Part shown: one piece after another, positions 1 through 14,528 of the stretch
Numbering within the stretch: position 1 is the stretch's first letter
Layout of the letters: each line of letters starts with the position of its first letter
NCBI GenBank assembly: GCA_963851265.1
Contig: CAWKNZ010000002.1
Location: 1,344,001-1,408,000, forward strand
Direction of reading: 5' to 3'
DNA: 64,000 bases
From: an uncultured Gemmatimonadales bacterium
GTDB lineage: Bacteria > Gemmatimonadota > Gemmatimonadetes > Gemmatimonadales > Gemmatimonadaceae
The notes under the pieces: generated by a model
Databases searched by the model: none
The model's input: the letters and a program-made list of their open reading frames with translations, nothing else
Told to the model about the DNA's origin: nothing
Translations under genes and position numbers: made by a program

Positions 1-205
1 CGAGCGCGAGCTCGGCGTCGAGCGCGAAAAGCTCACCGACTCTGCGAGTTTCATTGATGACCTCGGCGCGGACTCGCTCGACATCGTCGAACTGGTGATG
101 GAGTTCGAGAAGGAGTTCAACATCGACATCGCCGACGAGGAGGCGGAGAAGCTCCGCACCGTGGGCGACGCGGTCGAGTACCTGAACGAGAAGGTCCCGG
201 CGTGA
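1..205 (+). CDS. acpP: Acyl carrier protein (5' end outside the window)
   Basis: Frame 2 reads [61 protein letters not shown], with the GADSLD phosphopantetheine motif. TGA at 203-205 overlaps the fabF GTG. Not in the ORF track. Confidence 0.96.
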   Translation, partial: ERELGVEREKLTDSASFIDDLGADSLDIVELVMEFEKEFNIDIADEEAEKLRTVGDAVEYLNEKVPA

Positions 206-1464
206 CGCGGCGCCGGGTCGTCGTCACCGGGCTCGGCGCGGTGACGCCCGTCGGGAACGACGTGGCGACGACCTGGCGCGCCCTGCTCGACGGGCGCTCG
301 GGGGCGGCGCCGATCACGAAGTTCGACGCCAGCAACTTCGCGGTGCGTTTCGCCTGCGAGGTGAAGGGCTTCGACGCGGGCGCGTACATGGATCGCAAAG
401 AGGCGAAGCGCGCCGACCTCTACACGCAGTACGCGCTCGCGGCGGCCGTGCAGGCGATGCAGGACGCCGGCTTCGCCGACGGGATCGGTCCCGGCACGGG
501 CTACGTGCCGGAAGAAACGGGCGTGATCATCGGCAGCGGCGTGGGCGGCCTGCGCACCTTCGAGGATCAGCACACGATCTACATGGAGCAGGGGCCGCGC
601 CGCATCTCCCCCTTCTTCGTGCCGATGTTCATCACCGACATCGCCGCCGGCATCGTGTCGATGCGCTTCAACTGCAAGGGGCCCAACTTCGCCACGGTGA
701 GCGCGTGCTCCACAAGCGCGCACGCGATCGGTGAGGCGTTCCGCACCATTCAGTACGGCGACGCCCAGGTGATGCTCGCCGGCGGCTCCGAAGCGGCGGT
801 GACGCCCATGGCGATTGGCGGCTTCGCGAGCATGGGGGCGCTGTCGACGCGCAACGACTCGCCAGAGACGGCTTCGCGCCCGTTCGATGCCACGCGCGAC
901 GGATTCGTGCTCGGTGACGGCTCGGGAGTGGTCGTGCTGGAGGAGCTGGAGCACGCGCTGGCCCGCGGCGCGCGCATCTACGGCGAGGTCGCGGGATACG
1001 CGGCCACGGGCGACGCGTACCATCTGACGGGGCAGCCCGAAGCGCACGAAGGGCTGCAGCGCTCGATGCGACGCGCGATGGCCGACGCCGGCGTGAGCCC
1101 GGCCGACGTGGATTACATCAACGCGCACGGCACCTCCACCCCGCTCAACGATTCGAACGAGGCGCGCGCGATCTGCGCCGTCTTCGGCGAGCACACGGGC
1201 AACGTGGCCGTCAGCTCGACGAAGTCGGCGACCGGACACATGCTCGGTGCCGCCGGCGTCGTCGAGTTCATCGCGTGCACGAAGGCGATCGAGCACGGCG
1301 TGATACCGCCGACGATCAATCACACGGCGCGCGACCCGGAGATCGCGATCGAGGTCACGCCGAACGCGCCGCGCGAGCGCGTCGTCGACTTCGCGCTGAG
1401 CAACAGCTCCGGCTTCGGCGGCCACAACGCGACACTCGCGATCCGCCGGTACGAGCCCGGGTGA
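202..1464 (+). CDS. fabF: Beta-ketoacyl-ACP synthase II
   Basis: [10 protein letters not shown]-terminus, SACSTS catalytic Cys, [30 protein letters not shown]; follows acpP. Confidence 0.97.
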   Translation: MTRRRVVVTGLGAVTPVGNDVATTWRALLDGRSGAAPITKFDASNFAVRFACEVKGFDAGAYMDRKEAKRADLYTQYALAAAVQAMQDAGFADGIGPGTGYVPEETGVIIGSGVGGLRTFEDQHTIYMEQGPRRISPFFVPMFITDIAAGIVSMRFNCKGPNFATVSACSTSAHAIGEAFRTIQYGDAQVMLAGGSEAAVTPMAIGGFASMGALSTRNDSPETASRPFDATRDGFVLGDGSGVVVLEELEHALARGARIYGEVAGYAATGDAYHLTGQPEAHEGLQRSMRRAMADAGVSPADVDYINAHGTSTPLNDSNEARAICAVFGEHTGNVAVSSTKSATGHMLGAAGVVEFIACTKAIEHGVIPPTINHTARDPEIAIEVTPNAPRERVVDFALSNSSGFGGHNATLAIRRYEPG

Positions 1465-1955
1465 CCTTCTCCTCACCCGAGTTCCGGACGGGCGTCGGGT
1501 ACGACTCGCACCGGTTCGGGGACGGCGGGCCGATGCGGCTCGGCGGCGTCGATGTGCCCGGTGACGTGCACTGCGCCGGGCACTCGGACGGCGACGCGAT
1601 CTGCCACGCCCTCACCGACGCGATCCTCGGCGCGGCGGGACTCGGCGACATCGGCGAGCTCTATCCGGACTCCGACCCGGCCAATAAGGGGCGCGATTCC
1701 GTCGAGATGCTCGCCGCCGCGCTCGCGCTCGTCCGGCGCGACCGATTCCGGGTGGTGAGCGTGGACGCGACCGTGATTGCGGAACGGCCGAAGATCGGCC
1801 CGCACCGTGCGGCGATCCGCGCGCGCCTCGCCGCCGTACTCGGCGTCGACGCGCGCGCCGTCGGCATCAAGGGCAAGACCAACGAGGGGATGGGCTGGGT
1901 CGGGCGCGGCGAGGGGCTCGCCGTGATCGCCGTCGCCACGCTCGCGCGCGGCTAA
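1461..1955 (+). CDS. ispF: 2-C-methyl-D-erythritol 2,4-cyclodiphosphate synthase
   Basis: RTGVGYDSHRF, GHSDGDAICHALTDAILGA, GDIG and KGKTNE motifs. Start moved to the GTG at 1461 (GTGA overlap with the fabF stop). Confidence 0.95.
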   Translation: MTFSSPEFRTGVGYDSHRFGDGGPMRLGGVDVPGDVHCAGHSDGDAICHALTDAILGAAGLGDIGELYPDSDPANKGRDSVEMLAAALALVRRDRFRVVSVDATVIAERPKIGPHRAAIRARLAAVLGVDARAVGIKGKTNEGMGWVGRGEGLAVIAVATLARG

Positions 1956-1980
1956 CGCGCGGCCGGCGCACGCGCGGGCG

Positions 1981-2586
1981 ATGGGCGCACTTCTCCGCTG
2001 GCTCGGCGGTCTGCCGACCGGCGGTCTGTACGCCGTCGCGAGCGCGTCGGCCGCCGTCGAAAACGTCTTCCCACCGCTGCCTTCGGACGTCGTCGTCGCG
2101 TTCGCGGCCTTCGCGTCGGCGCGCGGCCGAGGGAGCGTGGCCGCGGTGTTCGCCGCCGTGCTCGCGGGGAACGTGGCCGGGGCGATGCTGATGTACGCGG
2201 CCGGCAAGCGGTACGGCACGAGTCGCGCCCTCCGCCGGTTCGCGGGCGCCGGGACGCACGAGGCGCGGCTCCGCGCGTGGTACGCGCGGTACGGCGTTGC
2301 GGCCATCGCGGCGAGTCGCGTGCTGCCGGGCGTGCGCGCGGTCGTGCCGCCGGTCGCAGGCGCGTTAGGCATCGGCGCGGTGCGCGCGGCCGTCGCGATC
2401 GCGATTCCGTCGGCCCTCTGGTACGCCGCGCTCGTTTACCTCGCGTTCTCCGTCGGCGGTGACTTCGACGCGTTGACCACGCGCATCCGGTCGGCCGAGC
2501 GCTGGCTGGCGCTCGCCGCGGCGCTCATCATCGCCGCGGTCGCGGTCGCGTGGTGGCGCGGGCGTCGAGCGGGTACGTCGCGGTGA
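1981..2586 (+). CDS. DedA/VTT family membrane protein
   Basis: ENVFPPLPSD and SRVLPGVR motifs with hydrophobic helices. Confidence 0.88.
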   Translation: MGALLRWLGGLPTGGLYAVASASAAVENVFPPLPSDVVVAFAAFASARGRGSVAAVFAAVLAGNVAGAMLMYAAGKRYGTSRALRRFAGAGTHEARLRAWYARYGVAAIAASRVLPGVRAVVPPVAGALGIGAVRAAVAIAIPSALWYAALVYLAFSVGGDFDALTTRIRSAERWLALAAALIIAAVAVAWWRGRRAGTSR

Positions 2587-3533
2587 GTGGGCCGCCGCGC
2601 GGTCTGCCCGGCGACGCAGGCGCGGGAGTGCCGGACGACGCGGCGCGCGCGTTCCGGCTCGAGCAGTTTCACGACTACCTCGCGGTGGAACGCGGATCGG
2701 CGAACAACACGCAGCTGGCGTACGCGCGTGACGTCGCACGGTTCGTCACGTACGCCGCGGTCGCGGGCGTGCCCGGTCCCGACCGCGTGTCGCCGCGCAC
2801 CCTGCGTGAGTTCGTCTACCACCTGAAGGACCTGGGCCTGGCGCCCGCGTCGATTCGCCGCAGCATCAGCGCGATTCGCACCTACTACCGCTTTCTGCTC
2901 GACGACGGGCACGTGCGGGAGGACCCGAGCGAGCGACTCGAAGCTCCCGCACGGTGGCAGACGCTGCCCGAGGTCCTGAGCGTCGCCGACGTCGAACGCC
3001 TGCTCGCCGCCCCGTCACTCGACGACCGCTTCGCGTTTCGCGACCGGGCCATGCTGGAGCTCGCGTACGGGGCGGGCCTCCGCGTGTCTGAATGGATCGG
3101 CATCGGCGTACGCGACGTCCGATTCGACGAGCAGCTCCTCCGCGTGTTCGGGAAGGGATCCAAGGAACGCCTCGTCCCGATCGGGCGCGCGGCGATCGGC
3201 GCGACCGCGGTCTACCTGCGGGAGCTGCGCCCGAAGCTGGAGCGCGGTGAGGGGAAGGGGGTACTCCTGCTGAACGCGCGCGGCGAGCCGCTGACGCGCA
3301 TGGGTGCGTGGAAGATCCTGCGTAAGCACGTCGAGACCGCGGGGATCACGGCGCACGTCACGCCGCACACGCTCCGGCACAGCTTCGCGACGCACCTGCT
3401 CGAGGGCGGCGCGGACCTCCGGGCCGTTCAGGAGATGCTCGGGCATGCGAGCATCGCGACGACGCAGATCTACACGCACGTCGACCGCGAGTACCTTCGC
3501 GGCGTCCACCGCCAGTATCATCCACGCGCGTAG
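2583..3533 (+). CDS. xerD: Site-specific tyrosine recombinase XerD
   Basis: ERG-S-NT--AY-RD N-terminus, RDRAMLELAYGAGLRVSE, GKGSKERLVP, HTLRHSFATHLL, LGHASIATTQIYTHV, C-terminal YHPRA. Start at the GTGA overlap with dedA. Confidence 0.92.
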   Translation: MSGPPRGLPGDAGAGVPDDAARAFRLEQFHDYLAVERGSANNTQLAYARDVARFVTYAAVAGVPGPDRVSPRTLREFVYHLKDLGLAPASIRRSISAIRTYYRFLLDDGHVREDPSERLEAPARWQTLPEVLSVADVERLLAAPSLDDRFAFRDRAMLELAYGAGLRVSEWIGIGVRDVRFDEQLLRVFGKGSKERLVPIGRAAIGATAVYLRELRPKLERGEGKGVLLLNARGEPLTRMGAWKILRKHVETAGITAHVTPHTLRHSFATHLLEGGADLRAVQEMLGHASIATTQIYTHVDREYLRGVHRQYHPRA

Positions 3534-3584
3534 CACGCCGCGCGCGCACGCCTCACTTCCACCGCACGCCGCAGCACCGCCGCG

Positions 3585-4214
<630 letters not shown>

Positions 4215-4259
4215 CCGCCACGTCGGCGGCACGCGCGAACGTTCCACCGACCTGACGCC

Positions 4260-5843
4260 ATGCAATCCCGTCCTCCCCGTCGTCGAACTCGCGCCCGCTG
4301 TGCCGCATTAGCCGGCATCGCGGCGCACCTCGTGATGGTCGCGCCGGCGCGCGCCCAGCGCGCGACGCCGGACACGCTGGGACAGGGCGTGATTCAGAGC
4401 GCCGAGGCGTCGGGTCGCGTGGTCGTCGTCGGCGGCGCGGGGCCTGGCATCGCTGGGCGGAGCGTGGAAGCAGTGCTCGCGCGTCCGCACCTCGTCATCG
4501 TCGCGCCGGACACCGGCCTCACACTCGGTCGCGACGCGCGCATCGACCGCGCCGTCGTGGTCATCGGAGGTCCGCTGCACCTCGCCGGGCACGTGAAGGG
4601 CGACGTCGTGGCGTTCGGCGACGTGTTCTTGCGGCCCGGCGCGGAGGTCGGTGGACGCGTCATCGCGGTCGGCGGTGGCGTGTACGGGTCGATGCTCGCG
4701 CTCGTCCGCGGCGACGTGCTCGCGTATCCCGACCTGGCGGTCACGCTTCGCCAGGACGGAACGCGAACCGTCGCGACGATCACGCGCGGGCCGGCGAAGC
4801 CCGTTCCCGCGGTGCACCTGCCCGGGGTCGTCGGGCTTCGCGTGCCGACGTACGACCGCATCGACGGCCTGTCCGTCGCGTTCGGTCCCGAGGTGGCGTT
4901 CGACACCGGGCGCGTTCGGATCGACCCGACGGTCACGTATCGCAGCCATCTCGGAACGCTCGACATCGGCGCGCGTGGGCGCGCGGAACTCGGCTCGCGC
5001 GTGGTGGTCGACGGCTACGCCGAGCGCGGGACGTTCACCAACGACCGGTGGATCCGCCCCGACTTCACCAACTCGCTGTCCTCGATCGGGAGCGGCGAGG
5101 ACGTTCGGAACTACTATCGCGCGACGCGCTTCGAGGCGACCGTGGGCCGCCGATTCGACGCGTCGGCCGGCGTGTTCGAGCCGTACGTGGGCGCGCTCAC
5201 CGAAGCCTCGCAGTCGGTCGCTCGCGATACCGGAAGCACGTCGTATCCGTGGAGCCTGTTCTCGCGCCGTTCGCTCGAGGGCTCGCGTCGCGCCAACCCC
5301 ACGGTCACGGGCGGACGGATCACGTCGGCGCTCGTCGGTGGCCGCTACGTCTTCGAGCGCGCGCGCATCATCGGCCGGGCCGGCGCGCGCGTGGAGCGGG
5401 CGCTCGGCGTTTCGCGCGGCGAACAGTTCACGCAGGTCACGCTCGACGCCGCACTCACGCTGCCGACGAAAGACGAGCACCTGTTCGAGTTCCTCGCGCA
5501 CGGCGTCGCGACCTCCGGCGGCGTGGGCGTGCCCTCGCAGCGCTACTCGTACCTCGGCGGCAGCGGGACCATCCCGTCGCTCTTCCTGCTCGCGGAGGGC
5601 GGGACGGAACTCGCGTGGGCGGAGGCGCGCTACACGGTGCCGGTGCACGCGGTCCACGTGCCCTTCGGCGTGCCGACGTTGACCGCGCGCGCGATCGCGG
5701 GGAGTGCGGGCGTGAACACGCTGCCCGGCCTCACACCCAACCTCGGACTGCGCGCGGCCGTGTCGATCCTGCGGGCCGACTTCGTGTTCGACCCGCGAGG
5801 GCGCGGGCGGCGGGTGTTCGGGCTCGGCGTCGGGCTGCGTTAG
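4260..5843 (+). CDS. Hypothetical exported protein: signal peptide, G/V-rich beta-solenoid-like segment, probable C-terminal outer-membrane beta-barrel
   Basis: Signal-like VMVAPARA|Q, then VVVIGG/GDVVAFG/GGRVIAVGGG repeats, then amphipathic beta-strands ending RVFGLGVGLR. Stop overlaps the convergent terC stop. Confidence 0.6.
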   Translation: MQSRPPRRRTRARCAALAGIAAHLVMVAPARAQRATPDTLGQGVIQSAEASGRVVVVGGAGPGIAGRSVEAVLARPHLVIVAPDTGLTLGRDARIDRAVVVIGGPLHLAGHVKGDVVAFGDVFLRPGAEVGGRVIAVGGGVYGSMLALVRGDVLAYPDLAVTLRQDGTRTVATITRGPAKPVPAVHLPGVVGLRVPTYDRIDGLSVAFGPEVAFDTGRVRIDPTVTYRSHLGTLDIGARGRAELGSRVVVDGYAERGTFTNDRWIRPDFTNSLSSIGSGEDVRNYYRATRFEATVGRRFDASAGVFEPYVGALTEASQSVARDTGSTSYPWSLFSRRSLEGSRRANPTVTGGRITSALVGGRYVFERARIIGRAGARVERALGVSRGEQFTQVTLDAALTLPTKDEHLFEFLAHGVATSGGVGVPSQRYSYLGGSGTIPSLFLLAEGGTELAWAEARYTVPVHAVHVPFGVPTLTARAIAGSAGVNTLPGLTPNLGLRAAVSILRADFVFDPRGRGRRVFGLGVGLR

Positions 5844-6802
5844 GCGGACGGTCCGACGTCGGTCTTCGCGGCGCGCGCCGGCGCCGGGAACGCCAGCGAC
5901 GCGAGCGTGGCGACCGCGAGCACCCCGATCACGACTCCGAGCGACGCGAACGTCGGGACTTCCCACACGCCGGCGGCGAGCATCTTCGCGCCGAGCAGCG
6001 CGAGCACCACGGCGAGGCCGACGTTGAGAAAGCGCAAGCGAGCCAGCGCGCCGGCGAGCAGGCCGTACAGCGAACGGAGCCCGAGTACGGCGAACGCGTT
6101 CGACGTGTAGACGATGAACGGGTCGCGCGTGACGCCGAAGACGGCGGGGATCGAATCGACCGCGAACACGAGGTCCATGGCCTCGACCAGCACGAGGACG
6201 ACGAGGAGTGGCGTCGCCGCGCGCCGGACGGAGCCGTCGGGTAGGCGTTCGCGCACGAACAATCGCGCGCCGACGAAGTCGCGCGTGACCGGCACGCACC
6301 GCCTAACACCACGGAGCACCGGACTGCGCGCCGGATCGAACGGCGCGTCGTCGCCCTTCACCGCGAGACGCGCTCCTGTCGCGACGAGGAACGCGCCGAA
6401 GACGTAGGTGATCCACGCGAATTTCGCGATCAGGACCACGCCGGCCGCGATCACCGCGCCGCGCAGCGCGAGGGCGCCGACGATGCCCCACAACAGCACG
6501 CGGCGCTGCAACTCGGCCGGAACGCGGAAAACGGTGAAGATCAGGAGGAAGACGAAGAGGTTGTCGACGGACAGCGCCTGTTCGACGACGTACCCAGTCG
6601 CGAACTCCACGCCGGCGCCCGGCCCCTTCCTGAGGGCGACGGCCGTCCCGAAGCCCGCGGCAGCGCAGACCCATGCCGCGCTCCAGAGCGCGGACGCGCG
6701 CATGGGCCGCGGGCGCGCGCGCGGCGCGGGGAACGCGAGGTCGGCCGCGAGCATCCCGAGCACCAGCGCGCCGAACGCGGCCCAGAGCCACGGCAAGCTC
6801 AT
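5840..6802 (-). CDS. TerC/Alx family metal homeostasis membrane protein
   Basis: EQALSVDNLFVF and VEAMDLVFAVDSIPA...DPFIVYTSN-FA-LGLRSLY motifs. Confidence 0.93.
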   Translation of the reverse strand: MSLPWLWAAFGALVLGMLAADLAFPAPRARPRPMRASALWSAAWVCAAAGFGTAVALRKGPGAGVEFATGYVVEQALSVDNLFVFLLIFTVFRVPAELQRRVLLWGIVGALALRGAVIAAGVVLIAKFAWITYVFGAFLVATGARLAVKGDDAPFDPARSPVLRGVRRCVPVTRDFVGARLFVRERLPDGSVRRAATPLLVVLVLVEAMDLVFAVDSIPAVFGVTRDPFIVYTSNAFAVLGLRSLYGLLAGALARLRFLNVGLAVVLALLGAKMLAAGVWEVPTFASLGVVIGVLAVATLASLAFPAPARAAKTDVGPSA

Positions 6803-6869
6803 CGCGCGAAGCTAAGCGCCGCGCGCGGCGCCGCACGATTGTCCCCATCGGTCCAACGTGTTACGTTAC

Positions 6870-6885
6870 TGGCGTGAAATTTGCG
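6870..6885 (+). promoter_or_regulatory. Candidate sigma54 (-24/-12) promoter upstream of the kdsB...rpoN operon
   Basis: TGGCGTGAAATTTGCG has GG-N10-GC spacing with TGGC and TTGC cores (consensus TGGCACG-N4-TTGCW), about 20 nt before the kdsB GTG. Confidence 0.5.
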
Positions 6886-6905
6886 TCCGCGCACCGCCCT
6901 CGCTC

Positions 6906-10331
<3,426 letters not shown>

Positions 10332-10335
<4 letters not shown>

Positions 10336-10922
10336 CGGTGGACCGGTCCGCGATCGACCCCGTCGCGGCGCGGCGCGTGCGCTGGGTCGGCTTCGACGTC
10401 GACGGCGTGCTCACGGACGGCGGCGTTTACCTCGGCGACGTCGCCGGACGCGCGCTCGAGTTCAAGCGCTACGACATCCAGGACGGGCTCGGCGTGCTGC
10501 TCCTCCGCATGGCGGGGCTCAAGGTCGGCATCGTCACCGGGCGCGTGAGCGAGAGCGTGCGGCTGCGAGCCGCCGAACTCGGCGCCGACGACCTCGTGCA
10601 GGACCCGCGCGCGCGGAAGCTGACGGCGCTGCGCGAGATCGCGGCGAAGCACGGCATCGGCCTCGACGAGATGGCCTTCGTCGGCGACGACCTGCCCGAC
10701 GTGCCGGCGCTGCGGGCGGTCGGGGTCAGCGCGGTGGTCGAGAACGCGACCCCCGACGCGCGACGTGAAGGGCAGGTGCAGCTGACGCGCGCCGGTGGCG
10801 CCGGGGCGGTGCGCGAGTTCGCCGAGTTGCTGCTCCGCGCCCGGGGCGAGTGGGACGTGCTCGTCGCCCGCTACGTCGACGGGCGGACCGCCGACGTCGA
10901 GCCGGTCGGAGTCGGCGCGTGA
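10332..10922 (+). CDS. kdsC: KDO8P phosphatase (HAD family)
   Basis: FDVDGVLTDG, DGLG, VGDDLPD, GGAGAVRE. ATG 10332 overlaps the kdsA stop. Confidence 0.92.
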
Positions 10923-11971
10923 CCGCGACCGCGCCCCTGCTCGACGACGTGACGCGCGCCCCGGCGCCGGTCCAGCGCGCGCCCGACGACGGGCGCGTTG
11001 AGCCGCTCGACGACGGCGTGCTCGTCGCGATCGGCCGACGCGTGCTGACCGCGGAGGCCGAAGCAGTGCACGCCGCGGCGGCGCGGCTCGACGCGTCGTT
11101 CGCGCGCGCGGTCCGCCTGCTCGCGCGGGCGCGCGGGCGGGTGATCGTGAGCGGCGTCGGCAAGTCGGGCCATGTCGCGCGCAAGATCGCGGCGACGCTC
11201 ACGTCGACCGGTACCGCGGCGAGCTTCCTCCACCCAGTGGAAGGGCTGCACGGCGACCTCGGCATCGCCGGACCCGACGACGTCGCGGTGCTCCTCTCGA
11301 AGAGCGGCGAGACGGCCGAGCTCCTCCCACTCCTCGACCAGCTCGAGCGATTCGGCGTCCGGACCGTGGCCGTGGTCGGCCGCCTCGATTCGACGTTAGG
11401 CAGGCACTGCGACGTCGCGCTCGACGCCGGCGTGCTCGAGGAGGCGTGTCCGCACGACCTGGCCCCGACGACGAGCACGACGGTGGCGCTCGCCGTCGGC
11501 GACGCGCTCGCCGTCGCGCTACTCCAGGCGAAGGGATTCCGCCGCGAGGACTTCGCGCGGCTGCATCCGGGCGGCGCGCTCGGGCGGCGCCTGCTCACGC
11601 GCGTTGCCGACGTCATGCTCGCAAACGACCTGCCGACGTTGCCGGCGGACGGGACGATGCGCGCGGCGGTCGTGACCCTGTCGCGCGGGCGCGGAATTGC
11701 CGCAGTGGTCGACGCGGGCGCGCACGTCGTGGGCGTGCTCACGAGCGGCGACCTCACACGGCTGGTCGAGCGCGTCGAATCGTTTGCGGACGTGCCAGTC
11801 GCGTCGGTCATGAATCGGACGCCCAAGACGGCGCGTGCCGACGAGTTCGGGAGTGCGGTCGTCTACCGGATGGAGCGGTTCGGGATCATCTCGATGCCCG
11901 TGGTCGACGACGAGGGCCGGATCGCCGGCGTCGTGCACCTGCACGACCTGCTGCGGGCGGGCGCCGCGTGA
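10919..11971 (+). CDS. kdsD: Arabinose-5-phosphate isomerase (KpsF/GutQ family, SIS plus CBS domains)
   Basis: GVGKSGHVARKIAAT, HGDLG, SKSGET, APTTST, FARLHPGGALG, CBS pair. Start at GTG 10919. Confidence 0.94.
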   Translation: MTATAPLLDDVTRAPAPVQRAPDDGRVEPLDDGVLVAIGRRVLTAEAEAVHAAAARLDASFARAVRLLARARGRVIVSGVGKSGHVARKIAATLTSTGTAASFLHPVEGLHGDLGIAGPDDVAVLLSKSGETAELLPLLDQLERFGVRTVAVVGRLDSTLGRHCDVALDAGVLEEACPHDLAPTTSTTVALAVGDALAVALLQAKGFRREDFARLHPGGALGRRLLTRVADVMLANDLPTLPADGTMRAAVVTLSRGRGIAAVVDAGAHVVGVLTSGDLTRLVERVESFADVPVASVMNRTPKTARADEFGSAVVYRMERFGIISMPVVDDEGRIAGVVHLHDLLRAGAA

Positions 11972-12696
11972 GCGCGCGTCGTCGCGTCCTCGTGGCGCTG
12001 CCGGCCGTGGTCGTTGTCTGCGCGGCCGCGGCGTGCAACGCGAAGGGGCCGACCTCGCTGGTCGCGAGCCGAGCGCTCCCCGATTCGGCGGAGCAGGTGA
12101 TGTTCGGCCTCAAATTGCAGCAAACGAACGCCGGCGTGCGGAAGTCCGTGCTTTTCGCGGACACCGGATTCTTCTACAACGACAACACGCTCGTCGATCT
12201 CCGGCGCGTCCGCCTCGTGTTCTTCTCGAACGCGGGCGACTCGAACGCGGTGATGACCGGCCGCACGGGCCGCTACGACACGCGCACACAGCGCGTCGAG
12301 GGCTGGGGCGACGTGATCGTGACGAGCACCGACGGGCGCCGCCTCACCTCGCCGCATCTGGTGTATGAACGCGGCGTGAACCAGATCTCGAGCGACACGA
12401 GCTTCACGTTCACCGAGCCGGGGCGCACGCTCGCGGGGATCGGTTTCCGGTCGGACCCGCAGCTGCGAAACGTGCAGGTGCTCAAGAGCGCGCGCGGACG
12501 AACCGTGCTGCCGCCGTCGTCCGAATCGCCCGCGGGCGCGCGCGCGTCCGGTGCGGGCGTGCCGTCGTCGAGTCCGGGTGCTCCGGTCAGCGCGCCCGTG
12601 GGCGCGCCGGGTGCGGGCGCCGGTGTGGTTCCGAACACCCCGCCTGCTGCGGCACCGCCCGCGGCGGGTCCGCCGCCGTCCTCGGCACCGCGCTGA
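11968..12696 (+). CDS. lptC: LPS export periplasmic protein LptC, with lipoprotein-type signal and P/A-rich tail
   Basis: Position between kdsD and lptA/B; lipobox-like AAAC; jellyroll-like strands (GDVIVTSTDGRRLTSPHLVYE, ISSD, GIGFRSD). Confidence 0.78.
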   Translation: MSARRRVLVALPAVVVVCAAAACNAKGPTSLVASRALPDSAEQVMFGLKLQQTNAGVRKSVLFADTGFFYNDNTLVDLRRVRLVFFSNAGDSNAVMTGRTGRYDTRTQRVEGWGDVIVTSTDGRRLTSPHLVYERGVNQISSDTSFTFTEPGRTLAGIGFRSDPQLRNVQVLKSARGRTVLPPSSESPAGARASGAGVPSSSPGAPVSAPVGAPGAGAGVVPNTPPAAAPPAAGPPPSSAPR

Positions 12697-12698
12697 CG

Positions 12699-14528
12699 AT
12701 GACGGCCGTTCCGATCGCCGAGGCAGGCCGCGCGACCGCGACACGCGCGCGCGGCCGCGCGCTGTTCGCGATCGCGGCGCTCACTGCTGCCGCAGCGGCG
12801 TGTGGCGGTCGTGCGCCGCGTAACGCGCCGGCGCCGGCCGGTGCAACGAACGCACGCACTGACAGCGCGCGACGCGACACCGGCGCGGTGCTCGCGCGCA
12901 TCGACAGCGCGGGGGCTGCGGTGTCGCCGATCGACGGCGCGCGACCGGTGACCGAGGCGACGCCCGCGGCTCGCGCCCGACGGACGTCGGCGCCACGCCA
13001 GCGCGCGAACGCGGGTCCGGCCGCGCAGTGTCGCGTCGTCAACTTCTACGACGACCCGCCCACGGCACGCCTCAACAGCATCAAGGACGCGCTCAACCAG
13101 AACATCGTCTACGTGGGCGGCGGCGCGGTCGCGAGGTGCGAGGGCGTCAACAACCGCCTCTCGGCCGACAGCGCCGAGTACTATCAGGCCGCCGGGCTGC
13201 TGGTCCTCATCGGCAACGTCGTATACGACGAGCCGGCCCGCGCGCACATGACGGCGTTGCGCACGACGTACTACACGCGCGAGGAGCGGATCGTCGCCGA
13301 GGGGAACGTCGTCGTCACGCTCCCGAGCGGCACGAAGATGATCGGGCCCAACGCCGAGTACCTGCGTCCGGTCCCCCCCATCCGCCTGTCCAGCCGGCTG
13401 ACCGCGACCGGACGGCCGACCGTGCGACTCGTCGGGACGGGGGAAGATCAGGACGCGCGCCCGGCCGCGCGCGGCGGCGCGCGCGGGGGCGCCGCGCCGC
13501 GCCCCGACACGTCGGTGACGGTCATCGTATCGAACACGATCCTCGACGAAGCCGACAGCGTCGTTTACGCCGGCGGGGACGTCGACATCACGCGCAGCGA
13601 CGTCGTCGCGAACTCGGACTCCGCGGTGTTCGAACAGGAGAGCGAGACGGCGCACCTGATCCGGAACGCGCGCATCCGCGGCACCCGCGGGCGACCGTTC
13701 ACTCTCACTGGCGCGCTCGTCGACCTGTTCACCCGCGAACGTCAGCTCGCGCGCGTGTTCGCGCGGCGCGACGCGCACGTGACCAGCGACAGTCTCACGC
13801 TCACCTCCGACACCGTGGACCTGCGCCTCACGGCCGGTCTCATGGACCGCGCGTTCGCGTGGGGCCCGACGCGCGCTACGGCCGTCGCACCAGACCGCGA
13901 CCTGATCGCCGACTCGATCGCGGCCTACCTGCCGCGGCAGCGCGTGCGCGAGATCCACGCACTCCGCAAGGCGGTCGCCCGATCGGTCCCCGACACGGCC
14001 AAGCTCCGCTCCACGGAACGCGACGTGCTTCGCGGCGATACGATCGTGGCCCGCTTCGACACGCTCGCGGCCCAGCGCGACACGACGCGCACGCCGCCCG
14101 TCCGGCAGCTCGTCGCCGTAGGGAGCGCGACGGCCTTCAACCAGCTCGCGTCGAGCGAAGGACGCGAGGGGCGGCCGTCGCTCAACTACGTCCGCGGTCG
14201 CACGATCACGGTCGACCTCGACAGTGGTCTGGTGCGCGAGGTGATCGTGGTCGGCCGGTCCGACGGCGTGTATCTCGAACCCGCAGACTCCACGCACAAC
14301 GACAGCACGTCGCCGGCGCGCCGACCCGCGGGCCGGGGCGGCTCCGCGACTGGGCCCGCGCGTCCGGCGCGGGGCCCGCATGGGCCTAACGTCGCGACCG
14401 ACGCCGACGCGGATCCGGCACGAGACGAGCGCGTCCCCGGGACCGCCCCGGCGTTGGACGTGCGGCGGCGTGCGCTCGTCGGGCGAGCGCCCCACGCCCC
14501 GAGCGCTCGCAGTGGGGGAGACGCGTGA
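12699..14528 (+). CDS. Long LptA/OstA-like beta-jellyroll protein, putative lipoprotein
   Basis: Repeated OstA-like strands (LSADSAEYY...[38 protein letters not shown]); lies between lptC and lptB. Confidence 0.7.
   Translation: MTAVPIAEAGRATATRARGRALFAIAALTAAAAACGGRAPRNAPAPAGATNARTDSARRDTGAVLARIDSAGAAVSPIDGARPVTEATPAARARRTSAPRQRANAGPAAQCRVVNFYDDPPTARLNSIKDALNQNIVYVGGGAVARCEGVNNRLSADSAEYYQAAGLLVLIGNVVYDEPARAHMTALRTTYYTREERIVAEGNVVVTLPSGTKMIGPNAEYLRPVPPIRLSSRLTATGRPTVRLVGTGEDQDARPAARGGARGGAAPRPDTSVTVIVSNTILDEADSVVYAGGDVDITRSDVVANSDSAVFEQESETAHLIRNARIRGTRGRPFTLTGALVDLFTRERQLARVFARRDAHVTSDSLTLTSDTVDLRLTAGLMDRAFAWGPTRATAVAPDRDLIADSIAAYLPRQRVREIHALRKAVARSVPDTAKLRSTERDVLRGDTIVARFDTLAAQRDTTRTPPVRQLVAVGSATAFNQLASSEGREGRPSLNYVRGRTITVDLDSGLVREVIVVGRSDGVYLEPADSTHNDSTSPARRPAGRGGSATGPARPARGPHGPNVATDADADPARDERVPGTAPALDVRRRALVGRAPHAPSARSGGDA

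Noticed and set aside
2583..3533. Tyrosine recombinase as a phage or island integrase
   Set aside because: XerD-type motifs and length, housekeeping neighbours, and no att repeats or cargo genes.
6803..6905. yybP-ykoY riboswitch upstream of terC
   Set aside because: The gap is only about 100 bp, is shared with the divergent kdsB promoter, and shows no recognisable aptamer.
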